Part shown: positions 18,689 to 23,600 of the stretch, piece after piece | Layout: each line of letters starts with the position of its first letter | Position numbering within the stretch: position 1 is the first letter of the stretch | Source: a virus | Lineage: Duplodnaviria > Heunggongvirae > Uroviricota > Caudoviricetes | DNA length: 23,600 bases | Strand: one strand, 5' to 3' | IMG/VR virus record: IMGVR_UViG_2548876944_000013 | Location: 1 to 23,600 of that record | Translations under genes and position numbers: made by a program | Notes under the pieces: model-generated | The model's input: the letters and a program-made list of their open reading frames with translations, nothing else | What the model was told of the DNA's origin: nothing | The model's database searches: none

Positions 18689-18717
18689 TTGACAACTGTC
18701 AAGGATTATTTTATACT
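18689..18717 (+). promoter_or_regulatory. sigma70-type promoter with operator-like palindrome over the -35
   Basis: TTGACA (18689-18694), 17-bp spacer, TATACT (18712-18717). The -35 sits inside the palindrome ttgacaactgtcaa. Confidence 0.55.
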
Positions 18718-19059
18718 TTTTCTCGTTGGTAGGGGTTGAAATTTTCGAAACAATCCCCATATTGATGATAAGCAAGATTTTTTCGTGTATAAATACATGC
18801 ATGAAATGATTGTTCACTTCTGAAAATCCCCTGATTCACTGTTAACACATACAGCACTGGTTAAACATACAGTACTTTTTCGATTGAATAATGTACGAAT
18901 TGATTAATTATTAATCTTATCTTTAGCAATTCGTGCTCCCACTGATCGGATATACAGTGGTTTTACAGGGTTTTCTGAAAATCATTTTATAAATAGAAGT
19001 ATCGAGGGCGAAAAGCTCTTTTTATTGTCCTTATTAATCCACATTTGAGGAATCTACTT

Positions 19060-19239
19060 ATGGCTAGACCTGTTAAGTTTACTCGTGAAATGATTGTTGA
19101 TATTGCTAAACGCTTTTATGGCGATACTGAACGAGGCGGCGAGAATTTCTTTAAGAAGGAAGGAATTGATAGAAGCGGATTCTATAAGCTAATGAAGAAA
19201 TACGAAATTCAGATAAAGATTAACGTTCAAGTTTGTTAA
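19060..19239 (+). CDS. small HTH DNA-binding protein (59 aa from the ATG at 19060), paralog of the 85-aa protein
   Basis: MARPVKFTREMIVDIAKRFY...GIDRSGFYKLMKKYEI. SD gagg 9 nt upstream. The ORF track starts at an upstream TTG. Confidence 0.5.
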   Translation: MARPVKFTREMIVDIAKRFYGDTERGGENFFKKEGIDRSGFYKLMKKYEIQIKINVQVC

Positions 19240-19282
19240 TCCACTTTCACTGAGAATTATATGATGGCTTTAAAAATAAAAA

Positions 19283-19313
19283 AGCCTCCCTGTTGGCGCA
19301 AGGAGGCTTTTAG
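19283..19313 (+). terminator. hairpin terminator/attenuator between the HTH gene and the acidic-protein gene
   Basis: agcctcc...ggaggct, a 7-bp stem with a 12-nt loop, then uuuu. Confidence 0.4.
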
Positions 19314-19358
19314 CATGAAACATTAAAACTAACACAGAGCATTCAGGAGTATTTATAA

Positions 19359-20354
19359 ATGAAAAATTCTAAGCGCATCACCTTCAACCTGTTTATTAAA
19401 TCCAACGGCAAACTGAACATTACCGTCATGGAAGGTAAAGCAAGCAAACAAGACAAATCCTTTGAAGTAGTATCCGGTAAGACTCTGACCGAAATGCGTC
19501 AGAATGCTGGCATCAAAGACGGTGCTGAATGGCAGATCACTAACCGTTTCGACAAACGTCACGTTAAACCTACACTGGTAGAAGGTGAATCCGTTTATTG
19601 CTTCGCTCGTGCTGTTAAAGCTGATGAAACTTACTATCTGGCTGTTGTTAAAACTGCTTCCGGCTTCCGTGCTGTAATGCATCACAAGAGCAAACGTAAC
19701 GAATACGGCGTAGAGACCCAGGAAGTCGCAAAACGCTTCCGTACTGTTGCTACCGAATCCACTGTAAAGGATGTTTCTGGTACTGTTAACACCGCTAAAG
19801 GCGGTTCCTTCTACAACCACGCATTACAGGTTACTTCCTCCTTCTTCTGCAAAAAAGAAGCACAGAAAGAAGTTTCTCCGGTAGTAGTTGAAGAAGTTAA
19901 AGAAGAAGTTGCAGTGGTTGAATCTTCCGAAGTTGAAGCACTGAAAGCACGCATTGCTGAACTGGAAGCTGAAAACGCATCTCTGAAAGCTGAACTGGCA
20001 GCACAGGAAACCACTTTCGAAGTAGCAGCGGTTGAAGTTGAAGCAGTTGAAGAAAAATCCATTGATGAAGAACTGGAAGAACTCCTTAACTATCGCTGGG
20101 GTGTTGTTGCAGAAGTAGAACAAGAAGTTGCTCCGGTAGTTGTTCCGGTTGAAGTTGAAAAAGAATCCGCACCTGTTACTAACTTTGAATCCCTGCGCAA
20201 TAACTTTATGGCTAAATTCAAAACCACTTGGGAAGATACCGAAGAAGAACAAGAAGAGATTGAAGTAAACGAAGACGAGATCCGCGAAGCACAGATGGCA
20301 CTGCATGACGCTATCTACGACACCAACTACAGCGCCTACGCATACGCAGCTTAA
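19359..20354 (+). CDS. highly acidic protein (331 aa) with strongly optimised codon usage; function unknown
   Basis: SD caggag 9 nt upstream. Codon choice (CGT, CTG, GGT, GCT, TCC, ACC, GAA, AAA) matches that of the capsid and tail tube genes. The C-terminal half is Glu/Val/Ala-rich with a coiled-coil segment EVEALKARIAELEAENASLKAELAAQE. Confidence 0.6.
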   Translation: MKNSKRITFNLFIKSNGKLNITVMEGKASKQDKSFEVVSGKTLTEMRQNAGIKDGAEWQITNRFDKRHVKPTLVEGESVYCFARAVKADETYYLAVVKTASGFRAVMHHKSKRNEYGVETQEVAKRFRTVATESTVKDVSGTVNTAKGGSFYNHALQVTSSFFCKKEAQKEVSPVVVEEVKEEVAVVESSEVEALKARIAELEAENASLKAELAAQETTFEVAAVEVEAVEEKSIDEELEELLNYRWGVVAEVEQEVAPVVVPVEVEKESAPVTNFESLRNNFMAKFKTTWEDTEEEQEEIEVNEDEIREAQMALHDAIYDTNYSAYAYAA

Positions 20355-20369
20355 TAGAGGGGTGAATCT

Positions 20370-20612
20370 ATGATGAATCAAAACAAAGAATTTCTGGGTA
20401 ATCTGATGTTAGAAATTACCAAAATGAAAGAAAGAATGGTAGCGATGGAATCAGAGATTAAAACACTTAAAGCTGATAATAAGGCGTTGAGAAAGTCCTT
20501 AAAGCTGATTGATGAGACTAATGCGGTTATGATGGATCATGTATTCCCTGAGTGGCGAAATGAAACTAAACCTACACAACATAAGAAACTTACACTTCGA
20601 ATTGTTGCATAA
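20370..20612 (+). CDS. small coiled-coil protein (80 aa), likely co-transcribed with the 331-aa gene
   Basis: Start 15 nt after the upstream stop with SD agagggg. Heptad-like MKERMVAMESEIKTLKADNKALRKSLKLI. Confidence 0.5.
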   Translation: MMNQNKEFLGNLMLEITKMKERMVAMESEIKTLKADNKALRKSLKLIDETNAVMMDHVFPEWRNETKPTQHKKLTLRIVA

Positions 20613-20617
20613 AAAAA

Positions 20618-20635
20618 GGGACTCCGAAGAGTCCC
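20618..20635 (-). terminator. hairpin terminator (7-bp stem; A7 on plus side, T7 on minus side)
   Basis: gggactc-cgaa-gagtccc. U7 follows on the minus strand. Lies directly after the 80-aa gene stop on the plus strand. Confidence 0.55.
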
Positions 20636-20720
20636 TAGTAAGTTTAGGTTAGGTTTGCACAACAAAGATGAGGTTATAATGAACATAATGCTACATTATT
20701 CTTTAAAGCCAGAAAAATAA

Positions 20721-20736
20721 CCGCCCCGAAGGGCGG
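20721..20736 (-). terminator. intrinsic terminator (minus strand)
   Basis: ccgccc-cgaa-gggcgg. The minus-strand reading has a UUCG loop followed by uuauuuuucu. Confidence 0.5.
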
Positions 20737-20892
20737 GAGGATTAATACTCAATCTATACTTGTTATGTTTTTATGTTGTATAGATCCTGACTATGAAAAC
20801 ACTGTACTGGAAGTGTGTTTTTATGGCTTTTAATCGGGAATCCTCAAAGAAGATCCCCTGTTAATAACCATAAGGAGAAAAGGCAGATTACA

Positions 20893-21069
20893 CTATTATT
20901 TAGTATCCTTTTTACAGCAACTAAAAAGAATAAACAAAAAGAAGCATACCCAGCCGTAAGGCGTACCGATTAGAAATTTGAAAAACACCACCAGCGATAT
21001 AAAAATCAATTTAATGCCAGCGACGATAGTCAAAAACAGCAGAGTAGCAAAGTAGACAAAAAGATCCAT
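20893..21069 (-). CDS. small membrane protein (58 aa, two predicted TM helices); not in ORF track
   Basis: Translated by hand: MDLFVYFATLLFLTIVAGIKLIFISLVVFFKFLIGTPYGWVCFFLFILFSCCKKDTK. SD agagga 7 nt upstream. Confidence 0.5.
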
Positions 21070-21122
21070 AGATAATCCTCTTTGAAAACGACCATCATCT
21101 ATAGTTCAATTCATCGATTTAA

Positions 21123-21225
21123 TTAATGATACTTGAAAGCGTTACACAAAGTAGAAATGCCAATATGTGCCAGTGAATATACGATAGTTAATCCTACAGC
21201 CAGATAAATCAAAAATTCAACCATA
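21123..21225 (-). CDS. small hydrophobic peptide (33 aa, one TM helix) from the internal ATG with good SD
   Basis: MVEFLIYLAVGLTIVYSLAHIGISTLCNAFKYH. SD gagga 7 nt upstream. The longer 83-aa ORF in the track overlaps the upstream gene and has no SD. Confidence 0.45.
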
Positions 21226-21254
21226 GGTAAATCCTCAAATAAGAAAAAGGTTAG

Positions 21255-21273
21255 CGGGGGATGTTCTCCCCCG
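21255..21273 (-). terminator. hairpin after the Nu1-like gene (minus strand)
   Basis: cggggga-tgttc-tcccccg, a 7-bp stem. A U-rich run begins 5 nt downstream on the minus strand. Confidence 0.45.
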
Positions 21274-21324
21274 TAGACGTTGACCAGCTCAACATCCTTC
21301 ACGTATATATTTAGTATAGAAATT

Positions 21325-21879
21325 TTAAGACACATCAAATTCATCGTCTTCTTCTGGTTCTTGTTCCGGTTCATCGATTAATGCTAATTCTTCTTCCTCG
21401 TCTTCTCCCAAATCCGCATTTTCGAACAAGTCCCCTACTTCATTTAAACGACGCTCGATGATCTCCCTTAGCTTATTCTTCAATGTTTTCTGATCAGTGG
21501 CAGATTCGAGAATTTCTAAAGCGTCGATTGTGGCGATCTGCAAAATAGTCTGTTTCACCTTTCCGCAATATTCCGCTAGTTCCTGTTCTACATACCCGAC
21601 AGGAATCAGGAGATTCATTTTTTCCTGGTTCTCTCGTTCGGCTGCATCTGCCAAAGCACGCTCACGGCGTAATTTCTCTACATCGATTTGTTCTTTGATA
21701 GAAGTTTGTTTAAGCGGGTTGATAATATTTTTCAAGACCCATTCTGTTCCTTCTTTGGCTGGCACGCGGCGGGTATTGGTGTTAAATGGCAATCCCCTTT
21801 CTAACCATCGCTTACCGCCACCATTCAATGTATAACCATATAAACGGGAAATTTCTGTAAGGGTTAATTCTTCTTTCAT
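21325..21879 (-). CDS. Nu1-like DNA-binding protein, candidate terminase small subunit (184 aa)
   Basis: N-terminal winged-HTH-like LTLTEISRLYGYTLNGGGKRWLERGLPF and EKLRRERALADAAERENQEK resemble lambda Nu1 as I recall it. Acidic C-terminal tail. It is 5.7 kb away from the large terminase gene. Confidence 0.45.
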   Translation of the reverse strand: MKEELTLTEISRLYGYTLNGGGKRWLERGLPFNTNTRRVPAKEGTEWVLKNIINPLKQTSIKEQIDVEKLRRERALADAAERENQEKMNLLIPVGYVEQELAEYCGKVKQTILQIATIDALEILESATDQKTLKNKLREIIERRLNEVGDLFENADLGEDEEEELALIDEPEQEPEEDDEFDVS

Positions 21880-22003
21880 TGGTTATCCTCCATTAAATTT
21901 GCGTAATTTTATTTATTGGTTTTACGCACAATCTAAGCGCCTAAATCGCATTCTAACGAAGGGAAAGATCCAGTAATGGTAAGGGCTAGGAAGTGGGTTA
22001 ATA

Positions 22004-22039
22004 GTCGCGTAGCGACCGCGCCATAAGTGAAGTGATCAC
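22004..22039. other. candidate cos/packaging-site palindromes upstream of the Nu1-like gene
   Basis: gtcgc-gta-gcgac (22004-22016) followed by cgcgcc and gtgatcac. Inverted ttgcgtaa/ttacgcac elements lie between it and the gene start. Confidence 0.25.
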
Positions 22040-22237
22040 GTTTTAGAATCCCGCCCGCGTATCAAATACCGGGGTGCCGAAAACTCCCTTTATTTCATCC
22101 GTGGAACAGTACCTTTTTAATTTGTCAAGCATTAATTTCTTAATTTAATTACTAAATCTCATCCCAATAATTGAAAAAATATCAAAAATCAATAAAGTAA
22201 GCATCTAAAAGTCAGTCCATACCAAAAGAGGTATAAA

Positions 22238-23017
22238 ATGAAAAACATTATCGCTGCTATCGTGCTTTCTGCTACTGCTTTCGGTGCTGATGCTGCGTCC
22301 TTTGATTGCACTAAGGCTACTACCAAAGCAGAGAAGTTTATTTGTGCTAATGAGTCAATCTCCGCACTGGATTCTAAACTTCATGAAGTATATGTTAAGG
22401 CTGTTAAGATTGATCCGTCTCTTAAACAAGAGCAACGCAACTGGAATAAAACTGTTCGTGATACAATGATCAATATCGGGCAGATTCAGCCACTGGAGGC
22501 TGTATACAACGCTCAAATCCAAAACTTGATGAATGTATTATCTAAAGAAGAAACCGCGTCAGAGAGCGATTCAGAGACTTCTGCGAAGATTGAAGAAGAA
22601 CAACCGAAACAGGAAGAAGTAAAGAAACTGAATGTTACCGCGATTTACGCATGTACTACAAAATTTACATGGAAAGTTATCGATGGTGAGGAAACAGAAG
22701 CTGTAAAAGATAAACTCTACGGAAACAAAACTTTTGATAATAACGGCGGTAAACTTAAGATCAAAATGGTAGACGATGTTCCTGTATCTTTTGTGTATTC
22801 CGACAAGTATGATGTTTATAAATCAAGTCTCAAGCCATCTAAAGAGAATCCAAACGCAATGGAAGGTAAATCCAAACAGGATGCTATTGGACGTGTTAAC
22901 ACTTATAACATCTGGGTAAGCAAAAAAGGTGACATGCGTCTTGAAGTAATTGAACCAAAATTTGATTCTGAATATAAACACACTCAATTTGCATGTGACA
23001 TGGTAGACGCAGAGTAA
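22238..23017 (+). CDS. secreted protein with N-terminal DUF1311 (LprI-type lysozyme-inhibitor-like) domain and uncharacterised C-terminal domain (259 aa)
   Basis: Signal peptide MKNIIAAIVLSATAFGADA. SFDCTKATTKAEKFICANESISALDSKLHEVY...QRNW matches the DUF1311 cysteine pattern. SD agagg. Codon usage is the 'high-expression' type. Confidence 0.55.
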   Translation: MKNIIAAIVLSATAFGADAASFDCTKATTKAEKFICANESISALDSKLHEVYVKAVKIDPSLKQEQRNWNKTVRDTMINIGQIQPLEAVYNAQIQNLMNVLSKEETASESDSETSAKIEEEQPKQEEVKKLNVTAIYACTTKFTWKVIDGEETEAVKDKLYGNKTFDNNGGKLKIKMVDDVPVSFVYSDKYDVYKSSLKPSKENPNAMEGKSKQDAIGRVNTYNIWVSKKGDMRLEVIEPKFDSEYKHTQFACDMVDAE

Positions 23018-23249
23018 GAGGTGAAATGATGCAATTCAATAGCATGAAGATTACTCAAAAATGGTGGGATGCGATGAAAGCTAACCACCAGAACGATATT
23101 AATTAAGTAACATTTTAGATATACAGCACCCAGCTAACAGATCACCTTTTATGGATTTCATTATAACCCCTTTGATCTGGAAACTATGTTAATTAGTTGA
23201 TTTCTAAGCCTTGTCCTTGAGATGGGGCTTTTTATTGCAAAATTTTTAG

Positions 23250-23579
23250 TTATTTTGGGTTGACTACATTCGGGTTGCCAATTCGCCTGGCTAACTCTTG
23301 CTGAGTGATTTCTGACTGTAAAAAAGCATTTAACAGCAATACTTTAGAGGCGACGCTCAAAGGTACTTCAATAAAGTGATCATGACTATTTAATGGCGAA
23401 GGTAACGGGATAAGCTCGTTATCTTCAAAATAAAAATCAAATGCGGTCAGTAAAGCATCTTTTGCCGCTTCCATCGCTTCAGCGACAGTTTCGCCCTGCG
23501 TCAACGCTTCAGGGATATCCACAAAAGAAACCATATAACCGCCTTCCGGCGCGGGTGTAAGAGTGACGGGATAACGCAT
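23250..23579 (-). pseudogene. hicB: hicB (HicB antitoxin) 5' portion, 3'-truncated; novel C-terminus NPNVVNPK then stop
   Basis: MRYPVTLTPAPEGGYMVSFVDIPEALTQGETVAEAMEAAKDALLTAFDFYFEDNELIPLPSPLNSHDHFIEVPLSVASKVLLLNAFLQSEITQQELARRIG matches E. coli HicB as I recall it. The expected continuation through the DNA-binding helices is replaced by 8 unrelated codons. Confidence 0.6.
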
Positions 23580-23600
23580 AATTTCGACTGTCTCTCGCAT

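Noticed and set aside
19353-20381. Minus-strand ORFs of 155, 83 and 185 aa opposite the acidic-protein gene
   Set aside because: Antisense shadows of a strongly codon-biased gene. Translations are Phe/Cys/Asn-rich with no start context.
21123-21374. 83-aa ORF as given in the ORF track
   Set aside because: Its 5' half overlaps the Nu1-like gene and has no SD. Only the last 33 codons, from an internal ATG with a good GAGGA site, look like a real gene.
22284-22469. 61-aa plus-strand ORF inside the DUF1311 gene
   Set aside because: Alternative frame within a well-supported secreted-protein gene, with no SD.

Overview
The window reads as roughly 23.3 kb of a tailed-phage (siphovirus-like) genome or prophage whose right edge abuts a 3'-truncated host-type hicB antitoxin gene. 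All calls come from reading the ORF translations and DNA by eye; no searches or computations were run. Most of the minus strand (1-15604) is one long morphogenesis and packaging operon: a GpA-family large terminase, a lambda-gpB-like portal split across two frames, a fused prohead protease-scaffold-major capsid protein, small neck proteins, a long fibre with a C-terminal self-cleaving chaperone domain, three tandem paralogous ~100-aa proteins, a gpV-like tail tube protein, G/T-type chaperones and a tape measure protein. The genes are tightly packed, several are translationally coupled, and hairpin terminators with UUCG loops punctuate the operon. Coordinates 15.6-22.2 kb form a bidirectional regulatory/accessory region: three small paralogous DNA-binding proteins, a Rha-family regulator, a 1.25-kb non-coding hub with eight GTGTAGG iterons and sigma70-type promoters, a strongly codon-optimised 331-aa acidic protein, two small membrane peptides and a Nu1-like DNA-binding protein next to a palindromic candidate cos site. 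The most interesting candidates for undescribed biology are the paralogous triad behind the fibre, the acidic 331-aa protein with its partner, the iteron hub, a possible stop-codon read-through extension of the capsid protein, and the junction inside hicB.
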